64,000 nucleotides of DNA, taken from Spizellomyces punctatus DAOM BR117. Lineage: Eukaryota. Below are positions 42,248 to 55,186 of the stretch, piece by piece. The notes beneath the pieces were generated by a model. The model saw only the letters and a list, made by a program, of their open reading frames with translations, did not search any database and was not told the origin of the DNA. The stretch lies in the NCBI GenBank assembly GCA_000182565.2, contig KQ257457.1. The stretch is one strand, 5' to 3'. A program made the translations under genes and the position numbers. Each line of letters starts with the position of its first letter. Positions within the stretch are counted from its first letter, which is position 1.

Positions 42248-45200
42248 CTAATGGAAGAAATAACGACTATCTTTCACTTGCTTGATCTCAAAATTTCCTC
42301 TAGCAGGTAACGGCAAAATCTCCAAGTCTACCCAAGTGGTCACCTTCTTTAGCTTGGTCTTTGGTCCAATCCCCGCTTTGCGGCCCTTGGATTCCAAATA
42401 CTGTTTCCACTCCCACAGCTGGTCCCCTTCCAGGATGACCTCAACGGGGATCTTATGCCCAGCGTAGCGGTCAACAAATTCGTTACGCAAGCCAGTCATA
42501 ATATCTCCAGAATGAAGTGTTACGAATTCGTTTCGGATGATTTCATTCATTCGGTTCACGTCGCATGCGTGCGTCCAATACGAGTCGTGTACCGACGCAA
42601 AGGACAAACCAGCGCGTTGGCATTGGATGGCGGAGAGCATCATATGGGCGGCGTCAAGAGAGTGGATAAAGTTGGGGGGAAAGGCGGTGGATTGTTTTTG
42701 GGCGTTGACGGGGGCGAGAGTGGTGAAATCGTAGATGGTAATGGTTTGAAGGAGAGTTTGCACGGAGCGGGGTTGGAAATTGCGGTAGGGCTGGACGATG
42801 GGGAGGCCGAGTGGAGTAGTCCATATGACGGAGGTGACGCGTGGTGGTTTTTTGCCGGGGGCGGCTGGGGCGGGGCAGGCGGAGGTGGGGGATGGTGTAG
42901 AGGTTGACGATAAGTCTTGTGCAGCAGCGTCCTCAAGATCTTCTGTCCAATCATCATCTTCTTCAACTTCGTCTCGCTTGCTCTGCTCCTGCTTAAGAGT
43001 GGCTGATATATCTTCATCAAACTGACTATCCTCCAAATCCTGCAGGGCAGCACCCAAGAGTCCCTCCTCATTTCCGATCTCACCCCTCCGTCGCTCCTCC
43101 CTTGCCAGCGTAAACGCACTGGGCAACACACCAAGACGCGCCAATTCTTCTGCATCCTCCAACTGCGCTGCTGGTATATCACTCTCATGCGTGCTGCGGG
43201 CAATCATACCGGCAGTGACGTTCAGCCAATTTTGGATAGCGCGAGCGCCTTCAAAGATTTGGCCCATGGAGGAAAATATTTGGCGGGTTATATACAAACT
43301 GCAGCGTTCGATATCATCGTCGGTGAGAAGACGCTCGGTGGTGGTCGAGTCGGAGGAAGAGTTGGTTTTGGCCGCTTCGATAGCAGCGGCACGACTTTCC
43401 TTTAAACGGTTCCGTACTTGTGCTCTTGCACCGACAAACGTCACACCATATGTATTGGTCATGACAGTCTGTTTGACCAACTTTCGGTTGATCCGATTCT
43501 GCATCAGGATCGCTTCGGGAACGCCATTAGCCACATCCTGATCCACCAGCAGCTGTACTCGCTCCGCAACACCAGTATACACATCAGCTGGTTTGTGCCC
43601 CGGCAAGAGATTGACCTGCTGAGCTCCAATCTCGTCTCCACCTAATGCAGCATAGTGCTGCAATCCGTTACAGGTACCATCTTGGTGTACGGGTAGTCGG
43701 GAAATGTACTGAAGGGGTTTACCAGATCGAAGGGCATTGACGAGTTCAAAACACGCTGCCAACAATTGCCATGGATTCTCGGCCTTCAACCACCACCGCT
43801 TCCCATCCAACGGACGATCCACCGAGTCTTCAATTTCCACCATATGATCATCGGTCCATCGCTCTCGTTCGCCAAAAGACGCTTTATCGAACCCCGCCAA
43901 CGCAGCAACATGAATCTTGAGCCATCTCATCCCAGCTTCACCTAGTGGTTTTCCCTGGTCAAAGAGAAGAAGACCACGGCAGAGGTCATTTCCAATATGA
44001 TTCAGGTGGGCGGGCATCGGGTAGGCACGACCACGGAAGTCGAGATTGTGCGGAAAGTAGATCGTTTCTCCAATGAACTGCAAGGAAAGCGTTAAGGTTT
44101 TGTTTACGAATACTACTAATTTGACTCTTACTGCTACATACCGCTTTAGCAATCTCAAGCTTATAATTCGTATCCGCCCTTTGTGAGAAATTTTCTCTCA
44201 ACGCGGTGTCCCTCTTGTTGACCAAGAACCAATACTTTCTCTTGGCCAGTGAATCTGTCTCCAGATTGGCCGGCTTCTCCACTTCGGGCAAATCTAATTT
44301 GGCAGGCAATGACGGCGCATGCTCATTATTGTTCCACATTTGTGCTGCGACATTGAAAATGTCCTCGTTAACCCGCCACGGGATTGATCCCAGCACGTCG
44401 AGAGCTCGTGTGACAGTTCCGAGAATCTGCGCCCGGTCCGCTTCCCCCAAATACCGCTTGGCTTCGCCAGATTTTGTTCGAACCATACTTGAGCGGTGCT
44501 GCAGGTACCCTCCCGTTTGCCATGTGATCCATGGGCGTGGAGCAACTAGCATGGGGAGCAGCCACGGGTCCACAGAAACTCGAGTGTTGTTGAGAGCTTC
44601 ATACAAGGCAGGATGATACTGGATCATACCCAACTTGTGTCCTTGACCAATACGTTTGAGAACATGGCTAAAGGCAGGAACTTGCTCCACAATCTCCTTT
44701 CCGGGTGCGTCGGGGTCAGGTCTGGTGACGCGGACTTTGGCAACTTGAAGCATGAGTTTAACCAGTACAGAACCGATCTTGACGCGGATGGCATCGGGCC
44801 ATTTGGGTTTCCATTCCTCTTCATTGTATAGATGTTTGGAGGCAAGCTGCTGTATCACTCGACGGACCGTCAAATGGAAAAGTTTGCCTTCAGTGTGCAT
44901 GTGATGAATCACTTTTTTGAGTTTCAACTTTTGCTTGGTGCTGTGCTTTTTGACCTGTTGGGCATTGTATTCTGCTTCGATACTTCGGGCTATACCGATT
45001 GTCAAGCTCGCAACACTCGTTTCTCCAGCGACGACACCGTTGCCCAAGTTTGCCCTCTTTGAAGGTGGTCGGATAAACTCGGTGATGACAATCCGGGAGA
45101 GTTGCTCCGGTTTTAGCAGCTTGAGGAAGGGGCCATACGCATGATCCTCGGCGTCTTCGGTCACCATATCAATCATTTGAATCTCTCGCTCAATGAGAGG

Positions 45201-46478
45201 CACGAGTGCCTGGTTCCACGAAGACGCAAGATCGCTGGGAATCTGAGAGAGACGGCGTACCTGCTCTGGCAGTCGTTTCTGAGCCTCTTCAAACTCCTCG
45301 AGAGCAGCGGCGTAGGTCCGCTCTTCTAGCCATTGTTGCTGATCGTATTTATTGGTACGTTCTCTTGCTTCCATATCCTTTAGGGCTTTGGTCAGGACAT
45401 TGATGCCGAGTGAGTTTGTAGAGTTAATAGGAAGCAGCACACGCTCCTGTACTTTTGGCGCAGACTGTCCTGTTGCCATTTCCGTAAGGAGTAGCGACGG
45501 AAAAGACGACGAGGAGGACGAGGTATCCGTTGATCCGGCCTTGGCTTCCCCCGCCTCTTCCAAGGCAGACAAAAACAAACGATCTGCAGTCACGACACCG
45601 TCGACTTTTCTCCCCATCTCCCGCAAGATCGCTTCCAAAGGCGCCCTATCTTCCTTTTCCACAAAGCGGTCATTGTCCAACAAATCTGCGACCGTGACAC
45701 CAGCTTTATCCATGTCCTCAATCAATCGTTTGACTTCATCCACCTTTCCCAACTTCAGATAGTACTGAATCAAAATGGCAAACGTGCTGCCGTTTCGCTG
45801 GATATCAAGATCTGTGAACCGCTCGTACCAATCCAATGCCCGATCGATGTTGGCTCCGGCCTCCGAATTCAAGTGAGTGTCGATGAAAGCATTTAGAATA
45901 CGAGCATCAACAAGCTCTTTCATATCCTGAAAATTTGTTCTCCATGCTCGGTTGAATGTGACTTCAGCCCGATCTAGGTCGCCAGAGTGGATAGAGGCAT
46001 AGATGAGCACGATCTTCTCTTCAAGCGCGTGGCGGGCGAGAGCGCGTTCTTCAGTGTAAGCTTGTGTCGTTTTTTCGACGGCTTTTTCTTGTGGCAGATA
46101 GAGGGCGTGTGTTTTGGGGAAGAGTTCTGGAAGGTTTATATCGGGCAGTTGGGACTGTGTTGGTTTTGATGATTCTGACTGCTCTTGAAAACTGTTGCGA
46201 TGTGATGGCCGTAATGAGGCCGGGGAATTAGCCCACTGCGCTTTTGTTCTTTGTGGCCCCGCTGTTCTCTTGAAGGTGTGTTTGGGGGAATCGTATCGTA
46301 CAAGGGGAGGGTCATGGGATGCTGAACGAGAGGGAAGTTCCAACTGGAGTTGAGCAAGAGACTTTTCCCGGGAGTTGAACCAACGTCGTCCACAGGGACA
46401 TGTTCTTGTCGTCGTCGTCGTCGTCGTCGTTGCAGCTGGTCGGGTTTTGCGCGCATTATTCTTGAGCAGTCGCAGCAT
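42248..46478 (-). CDS. RPO41: Mitochondrial T7-like DNA-directed RNA polymerase
   Basis: PPR-like N-terminal region, FPHNLDFRGRAYP, PVHQDGTCNGLQHYAAL, RKLVKQTVMTNTYG, FPPNFIHSLDA, SVHDSYWTH and C-terminal YFFH. One intron near 44080-44141. Confidence 0.97.
46407..46429. repeat. (GTC)n microsatellite encoding poly-Thr in the RPO41 presequence
   Basis: gtcgtcgtcgtcgtcgtcgtcgt; the protein reads ATTTTTTTTR. Confidence 0.85.
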
Positions 46479-47016
46479 GACTAGAACTGGCACGACAAAC
46501 TGGACAACTGGGTGGGGTTTGGCTGAGGGGTGAGGGGGTATCTATATCGAGTGCCGTGCGTCCTATTCTATGTTTTGTAAATGCTGAATGATGTGTAAAT
46601 ACAGTGAGGATGAATGTTTCAAATGACAAGAAATGCTGGCGGAGAATAATTATTTTTTTTTGCTTTTCGAAGCGTTCATCGCGTTGAAGTTGACATGTCA
46701 TCCATTGGAATGCATTCTAATGACATTCTATTCATTATGTGTCATCATGGCAACAAGGCTTCGAGGTGCAGACAGCTGGCACAGGACACCAAAGCCCATG
46801 TCACACTATGGTCGTCATATCTGCATCTATGCGAATGATGATGAATAAAACGAGGACAAAATGCACATAAAACGTTCTCGAGGACTGGCAAGAGCGGTTA
46901 TGGCAATCAAAAATTCCCTTGCTTCAAGGATAGACTTTTGAATGGAAAAAGTCTGTGACAATGCAATTGTATGGACATACACACTACATGTATTGAATCA
47001 CATATTGGCAATGCCC

Positions 47017-47436
47017 TCACGACGTGCTAACCAACGCCTTCACCAAATCCTCAACGGAATTCCCACTCACGTCCTTCAAAAACTCGTTCACTTCCTCATC
47101 AGTAAGAGGCTCACCCACGCTCATCAAAATCCTCTTGAGCTCATTTCGATCCAACCCTCCGTCCTTGTTAAACGTTAACAAAGCATCTCGTACATCGGAT
47201 TCAAGGCGCTGCGGCACGCTCTGTCGAGACACGAGGGCGAGGAATTCGGGAAAGTCAATCGTCTTTTTGTCCTTTGTCAGGCGTGTGAGCTCCGCTTGGG
47301 TAGGGAGTTTGCCGAGTGACCGCAAGAGTTTGCCGAGGAGATAGGTGGGAACGAGGCCGTCGCTGTCTTCGTCCAGGAGCGAAAAGGCTTCCTTGAACTC
47401 TGCAATCTGTTCATCGCTCAGTTGGTGGTCGGCCAT
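47017..47436 (-). CDS. Divergent calmodulin-like EF-hand protein (possibly a myosin light chain)
   Basis: [27 protein letters not shown]...IDFPEFL...[13 protein letters not shown]. Loops 2-4 are shortened or degenerate. Confidence 0.8.
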   Translation of the reverse strand: MADHQLSDEQIAEFKEAFSLLDEDSDGLVPTYLLGKLLRSLGKLPTQAELTRLTKDKKTIDFPEFLALVSRQSVPQRLESDVRDALLTFNKDGGLDRNELKRILMSVGEPLTDEEVNEFLKDVSGNSVEDLVKALVSTS

Positions 47437-47717
47437 TGTGGTAGAATAGAAAAGTAGTGGACGGGAAGAACGGACACGGACCGCCAACCACAAAGATCGG
47501 CCGCTGACTGGATGGCTTAGCTACGAGGTCTCTGTGCGGCTGCACACATTATGCCCGTTTATGGTTATATGACAAAAGGATTGGATAATCAGTGATCGGA
47601 CACGTGACATATATCAGTCTCTTGTCGGTGGCTCTCCTGTGTGCATTTGATCACGACTACTAGGGTGAGGCTCGCGAATCTTTCATGTATTTACATGTGC
47701 AATTGTAATCGAAAAGT

Positions 47718-50240
47718 TTAGGATGACGATTCAAAGATAGCCGCCAATGCTCTAACACCCCCACCCTCCTTCTTGTCCTTGTGAAGACCGCTCCGCCACA
47801 TATCCACACGATTTGACCCATTCGTGTCCCCGTGCGTATTTTTTGCGTCGCTCACGGGTTGGCTGCGTCGCGATGGAGATTCAGGGGTAGGTTCAGCAGC
47901 AGGTGCAGTGTGTTGGCGATCAAAGGATGAGGTGCGCCGGTGAATGACAGGGACAGAGAGTTTGGCCGTGCTTGCTGTTTGGCCTAGAAATGACACGGAG
48001 GATGTAGGTGGTACAGGACGTGGTGGGACGGGGGGGCTCTCGGTACGAATGGAATCAGGACTGGCAGTCGCTTGTGTACTCGCCGCTACTTGCCGGCCAG
48101 CTTCCTTCCAACCCATGTGTCCAGATGCATGCTCACCGCCCTCATTGACAGGCTCCTTGACAGCATGCTGCTTTGTTACAATTTCTGTAACAACATTACC
48201 AAATTGGACTCTCTTCTTTTCTTTCTTTCCGGGATCTCGAAGGGCCTCATCCGCTCGGGACTTATCTCGCTTCTCCTTTCGTCTCTTCTTTTCCAACTTT
48301 GCAGGATGCTCCCATATGGTGTCCTTGGTCTTGATATTATAATAATATACCTCGCCGTCTTCTGTCTTTAATGGATACCAGTCGGGGTACTCGGGTACTG
48401 GCGTGTCATCTACTCCTGGCTTCCACTCCCCCGCGTCATCTTCTATCTCGACAGACTCCCTGTTGCTCACTACGGGAGAATCATTCTTTTCACCATCGAC
48501 GACGCTATGTCCCTCTTTCCGCATCAACTGACTCGCCACATCTGCCAACCCCATCGTTTCCGACGGTCGTCCCGGTAAAGGCGGCGGTGGTCCAGAAACA
48601 GGCGGATTCCATGTGGTCTCTTGGGTATCCTTATTATAATAGTACACTGTCCCATCCTCCTGTGTTACAATCATCCACCCCGGGCATTCGGCAAGTGGCT
48701 CCATATCCAGGTCGGGTGCACCCATCGCGCTCTCTGGATCGCCATGTCCAAACCATGGATGCTCGAGGGCTTTTTTGATACTAGGTCTTCGGGAGGGCTC
48801 CATCTGAAGGAGGCTGCGGACAAAGTCTTTAGCGAGGTCAGAGACTTGAATGTCAGGAGGAAATTCGAGCCCTTTACGTATCGCGTCGAGCTGTTGTTTT
48901 GGACCAATCTTTTTCGTCGCAAAGAACCCGCTCGATGGGACAGGTTTAAATGGGAGGCGACCGAAGAGAAGTTGGTAGGCTACTACCCCGCAAGACCATA
49001 GATCGACTGATTTGCCATAAAACGTCCGTGAGAGCATTTCTGGAGCCTTTGAATCCCATCAGTCGTTATCATCCAGGATGATACTTTTGAATATTCAAAT
49101 AACAGACCTCATACCCCATAGTACCAGCAATTTGATTCAAATTGTCATACCCGACGTTCCCAACCGTAGCCCCAAAATCTGCCAGCTTCAATGAAGTAAA
49201 GTCGTTCTTTTCCATTAACATCAGATTGGCAGGCTTGATATCCCTTCAAGTATGTCACCATTCAGGATGAGCCAGGACGAAATCAAAAGCACGGTAGCGT
49301 CCAACAGTTTACATACCGATGCACGAGCTGTGCTGAGTGAACACAGTACACAGCTTCCAGCATACCAAATATCGCCTCTCGTGCATCAAGTTCGCTCAAT
49401 ACCTTTCGGTCGTACAGTACATCTTGCAATGTGCATGCAGCCCTAAAAGGACCTAATCAGTTATACTCCAAAAAAACCACAACGCAGGACAGACCACTAC
49501 CTCTCCATAACTAAAACCAATTGATCCTCGTCATTTGCATAAAAATCCACAAACCCAATGATTCTCTTTGGATGTGCCCTGCACAGGTCTTTCAGAATCT
49601 TGACTTCCGCCAACACCTTTTCGTCTCGGACAGGACCCTCCGCGAAACGTTCGCGGTCAAACAATTTTAAGACGACTTGTTGGCCGGTTGCTTTGCAAAC
49701 TCCGTACCAGACATGTTCGTCCCTATTTATGGGCTTTAGCACAAGATCCTTGTAAGACGATATTTGAACCAACTCACAGTCCAATCCTTCGTTGGGGCCA
49801 GTAGGGATCAGGCATTTTCCGTTTTGAGGAAAGAAGGTCTGAAATATGGTTTCAAATGTGAATTCTCGCCTTGACGGCGAATGTGGAGAATAGCGGAATA
49901 GTTGAAAGCGTGCGGTAGAAATGAAACCAGTGTCGTAATGCTGAAATGCTTTATCTACGCTGTTTGCAGTTGCTTCCAATGTGAAATGTTTTAGTGGCAA
50001 GCCCTCAAACAACCAACAAGGCGATGACAGCAACGCGCGGTCGCTAAGCCCCCCATTTGGTAATCGTCTGCGTTCACAGTCGGGACATGGCAGTGCCAAA
50101 AGATGGAGAATTGAACGACATGCTGTGGAGGACAATGCATTGAGCTGTAAAAGGCGGATCCAATATTGTCCAGCACATGCCTGAAGTTTATGAAATTGTA
50201 GATCGATTTCTCACAAACTCGATCGTACACAATCATACAT
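47718..50240 (-). CDS. CAMK-like Ser/Thr protein kinase with two C-terminal WW domains
   Basis: VVLK, HRDIKPANL, LKLADFG, GTMGYEAPE and DLWSCGV. WW domains PGW...VYYYNKDTQETTWNPP and PDW...VYYYNIKTKDTIWEHP. The first exon and start are tentative. Confidence 0.85.
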
Positions 50241-52113
50241 TGACGGAAGGATTTCCTTCCAAGGGTTTCCTACAACCACTCAACTGTATCACAATATCTC
50301 AGAGTTCATTTACACCACCTACATACAATATGTGATGGGACACCACACAGCGGTTAACACAGCGATTTGAATTTAATATATTTGTAATTTCGTCCATCGT
50401 GGGTTCGTCTTCACTCAATGCACTATTTCATAGCAATTGCTAAGGCGGTATGGCCATGCCACCAAACCTGGTTTAACGCATGCGCTGCTGTGTTTCTGCT
50501 GTGTAACCCATTATCTGTCCCATAATATATTCGATACTAGTTGTATGTTTGGCTGACAGAAAGGCCGCAGGACATTTTTTGCTCGCTCCAGGGAATCAGC
50601 AGCACGAGTAACATTCAAATTGTCCATGCATTGTAAAGGATAAAAAGCAGGTGAAAATGGGTCGACTTGTCTGCAATCCGTATTGAAGGTGCTGAATGGC
50701 CTTGTGCGCAGTCCAGCCCCGTCCTTGGGATCTTCACGCGTAGGATATGGAGTCTTTTCCCTGGCCCAGTGCACTTGCCGTTGTTGATCAACTAGCACAA
50801 AGAGTACTCTATTTGACAGAGCGTAATGCCCAGCTCAATAATCACATCCTCGTACTTTTCAATTGTCCCACAAATGGAAACTTGGCTATGGGCTTGTGTG
50901 AATTTCATGACCTTACTAGTAGAGTCTTAATAGTCGGGGTGCCGTACGCTAGTTAGAGCTGGGGGGGGGGGGATCAGGGACGATTTCTCCGGAGTTTGTC
51001 ATATGAATACAAAAAGTAGCTGACGGCATGTTTGTGGATTCCGTGTGAGTTTATGCGAATGCATGGCAAGTATCAGATCTGTCCATTAAGTCAACATTGC
51101 CCAACATGTTTATGCCATAACGTGAGAAATGCCCAATCTCCGCTATGAAAAGGGTACTCTTCACCTAAAACTGTCGCAGTCTTGGCAAAGATCACGTAGA
51201 AACTTTTGACAGCTCTATGACGAGGGACCCGATAAAGGGTTCTAACGCTCATCGATATCGACAAGCATCCAATGCAATACCTGAGATTCCATTAACAAGA
51301 ACAAAGGCCAATCACAAAACGACGATGCAACATCATGCCTTGTCATCTTAACCCCCAAGACATTCCTTTTTACTCTTCAAAAGGTGACAACGCATTACTT
51401 TACCTTAGTTCCATAGTCGATCCTTTACATATCTGAGGTCGTGAGTCACAGTAGAATGCGAAACGTGATGGAGGGATTTTCGTTTAACATAACATAGAGT
51501 CTTTCTATCGAGCACAGCTTCTCAATCAGCCATTCCAAGTATTGAATCTGTGAGGATGGCTCTTTTGTTTCCCCTCTTGGCTTTTTCTTGCATCAACGGT
51601 CATTCTTAATAACTGTCATGGATGTGTAGAATGAGGAGAACCTATACCAGTGCACAGTTTTGGTAGATATTCAAACCTTCAGTTGTAGATGAAAGTTCAT
51701 CAGTCTGAGCTCATTTCCTGATGGATTCGATGGTATCTTTTGTAGGCCATTTTCGAGTAATGCGAGAGAGTTGCCAGTATCTCGGCCTCACGCAACCTTA
51801 TTAAAAGCGTAAAAACAAAAAAGTTCTAAATGCCATGTCCTAAATGCATGTCCAAAAACCGTGTGTGCAAAAAGTCCAAACAGTTTGTCCGAAATGTTCC
51901 TGTTGATCGAACGCGTTACGTAACGTTGACAATGGAAAATGACGTCCTGCTGGCGTTTGTTTAAACTTACCCCGTCGTGTAGGCTTTTTTTATGTGGATA
52001 TTTCGTCCGCGGAGAGGGCAAAGGAAAACCTTAACGATTAGAATCCCTCCGGCCATGCTAAAAAAACGCATGTCGTCATTTATCCACCTTGGACCGGAGC
52101 TTGTCAGCTGGGA

Positions 52114-52120
52114 TATAAAA
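52114..52120 (+). promoter_or_regulatory. Candidate TATA box of the catalase gene
   Basis: TATAAAA about 125 bp upstream of the ATG at 52242. Confidence 0.45.
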
Positions 52121-52241
52121 AGGATGTGAACTGGATCTAGAAAGCCTCAATAGCTTTTTATTCAGAGTGCCAACGATTGCAAACTACAGTTGTCTTTCAT
52201 AAACACAAATTTCATCACTACAACCACTTCATAACCACACC

Positions 52242-55013
52242 ATGGCTGATTTGTCCTCTCAAGGAATTGGTCGTAGCGTTGCAAATGCAGCTGCCCACGC
52301 TGTCCAAGGTGTAAAGGGAGCCTTGGGTGTAGGCATGACAGAAAAGCGGCAGGTAAACTTGAGGAAAGCCATCCGTCGTCGTAGAAATCAATCAATCAAT
52401 CTTATTCACCCCCCATCTTAGCAACTGAACCAAATCGCCGTCCAAGACAATGCAAATACCGTACTGACAACTTCCAGTGGTGTTCCTATCACCACCGTCG
52501 ACGATTCACTTAAAGCCGGAGAACGGGGTCCGACTTTGATTGAAGATTTCCAGTTTCGGGATCGAATGGCTCACTTTGATCGGGAGAGGATACCTGAACG
52601 AGTTGTGCATGCTCGGGGAAGTGCTGCACATGGATATTTTCAGGTCTACGAGTCGCTGTCAGATTTGACGCGTGCTGCACCGTTCCAAGATCCCAGCAAA
52701 AAGACGCCTGTATTTGTTCGGCTCTCTACTGTTCAAGGATCCAAGGTAAAGAGAATGTCACCTCTCTAATACTGGCAACAGCCACAGCGTGTGTAACCTG
52801 TCCTTTCTGCTCTTAGGGATCAGCGGATACAGTCCGTGATGTCCGCGGCTTCGCTACCAAATTCTATACAGATGAAGGAAACTGGGATTTGGTTGGAAAC
52901 AACATCCCAGTCTTCTTTATCCAAGATGCGGTAAAGTTTCCTGATCTGGTCCATGCGCTTAAACCTGAACCGCACAATGAAATCCCGCAAGGACAGGTAT
53001 GTCATTCAGTCGCAGTTACCTTTTCTGGATGATCAATAACTCCAAATCGTGTATTTGTCAGACTGCCCACGACAACTTTTGGGACTTTGTTTCCCTCCTG
53101 CCGGAATCTACTCACATGGTATATATCACAATACGAATCGTATGACACTGCACGTTCGGCCCCTAACCTATCTATTCATCTAGTTGATGTGGATCATGTC
53201 AGATCGCACCATTCCCCGCTCATTCCGAATGATCAATGGATTCGGCGTGCACACCTTCCGCTTTGTGAACGCCGATGGAGTTTCACGATTTGTAAAGTTC
53301 CACTGGCGTCCGGTGCTTGGAGTTCATAGTTTTATTTGGGACGAAGCCCTCAAAACTGCCGGCCGGGATCCTGATTACTTGAGACGGGATCTATGGATGT
53401 CCATTGAGATGGGCGACTTTCCAGAGTGGGAGTTGGGTATTCAGGTATGATGGGTCCTGTTGAAGATCTAAACATTGAGGTTTGGACCTTACACACCACC
53501 CATTGTATAGGTCATTGAAGAGTCTGAAGCGGATAAGCTTCCTTTCGATATTTTGGATGCAACAAAATACATTCCAGAAGAAATTGTTCCGATTCGATAC
53601 ATTGGGAAAATGACACTCAATCGCAACCCCGATGAGTTTTTCCCAGAAACTGAACAGGCTGTTTTCCATCCTGGACACTTGATTCCAGGTAGGTCTTAGT
53701 CATATACCATATAAGAAAGTGTTCTAATATGGACTTCCCGTTTTTTTAGGTATCGACGTTAGTGAGGACCCCTTGTTGCAGGGTCGACTTTTCTCATACA
53801 CGGATACTGCTTTCCATCGTGTGGGAACCAACTTTAATGGTAGATTGATGGCTTACACATGCACAGTGAAAGATTACCATAACATTAACGCCATCATTCC
53901 CTTGCTGTAGAACTTCCCATCAACCGACCTGTTTGCCCCGTTCACAACCATCAACGCGGTGGATTCATGCGCCATACCATCGTCAAAGGCCAGGCAAATT
54001 ACCATCCGAACTCGCTCGGTGGGGGATGTCCCGCTTTAGCAAGCGCAAGCAAAGGCTACGTCCATTACCCAGCACCAGTGATTGGCCGCAAGACATCAAA
54101 CCGCGCCGGCTCCTTTTCCGATCACTTTAGCCAAGCCCGCATGTTCTACAACTCGATGACTGATACTGAAAAGGGACACATCTTGGGCGCATTCTCTTTT
54201 GAGCTATCAAAGGTGTCTACCATGGGCATTCGACAGCGGATGGTGGATCTTTTGAACAAGGTTGATCATGACTTGTCAGTGAAGCTCGCCGACAATCTTG
54301 GTGTGAAAGCACCGGAAAAGTCAGAAGTGGAGTCGTCTACCAAAGTACTTGGCGTCGCGGCATCACCAGCCTTGTCCATCATAAAGTCAAACAAGTATGA
54401 TACCATTCGGGGACGCATGGTTGGGATTTACATTATGCCTGGCTACGATTCCACTGTTAGTGAACTGATGGGAGCTCTGACGGCGGCTGGAGCGGTTCCT
54501 TTGACCTTATCTGCAAAAGGCGGTCCAGTTCCGGATGCTTCTGGCTCGTCGACGACGACACCTTCATTCACTTTCAGCGCATCCTCTTCCACTCAGTTTG
54601 ACGCCTTGTTTATCCCGGGTGGACGTAAATCGGTTGATGCTCTACTGGAAAACGTTCCAGCACTCGTTCAGATCGCGGAAGGGTTCAAACACCTTAAAGC
54701 CATTGCAGCCGTTAACGAAGGTGTCGAAGTTGTGCAAAGGCTGAGCCTGATGGTCAAAACCGCCGAGGACAACTCTGTCGCTGTCGACTATGGGGTCATA
54801 ACTGCTAAAGGTGTTGGAACTGGGATGAATGGCAAATTGGGCAAAGCTGCCGGTATGGCTGCTGGCGCTGTGAGTGGAGCAACAAGCAAAGCGTCGATCC
54901 AGCCGGGTGGCAATGCAGGAGGAACGAGCGAGTGGATCACAAAGTTTATTGAGACCATTGCAAAGCACAAGGTGTGGGAGAGGGAGGAACTGGCTTCCAA
55001 AATTGTCATTTAA
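52242..55013 (+). CDS. Large-subunit monofunctional heme catalase with C-terminal DJ-1/flavodoxin-like domain
   Basis: [41 protein letters not shown] (proximal Tyr), [12 protein letters not shown] and C-terminal FDALFIPGG...KHLKAI. Confidence 0.96.
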
Positions 55014-55186
55014 ACAATTGCCGTCAATTGCGGTTTTACCTGTATTATAAATTTGCAGAATGTTTGCTGTTCATAGTATGTTGGGCTCAAGCCCAGTAGT
55101 AAATGAAGTACAATCTTGTCGCAATGCTGTCCCTTATTCTAAAACTTGGTACATGTAGTTTCCACACGCAGATATGCCAAGCATTG

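Noticed and set aside
42248-46478. Phage T7-like RNA polymerase as a viral insertion
   Set aside because: The presequence, PPR-like N-terminal extension and spliceosomal intron identify it as the normal nuclear-encoded mitochondrial enzyme.
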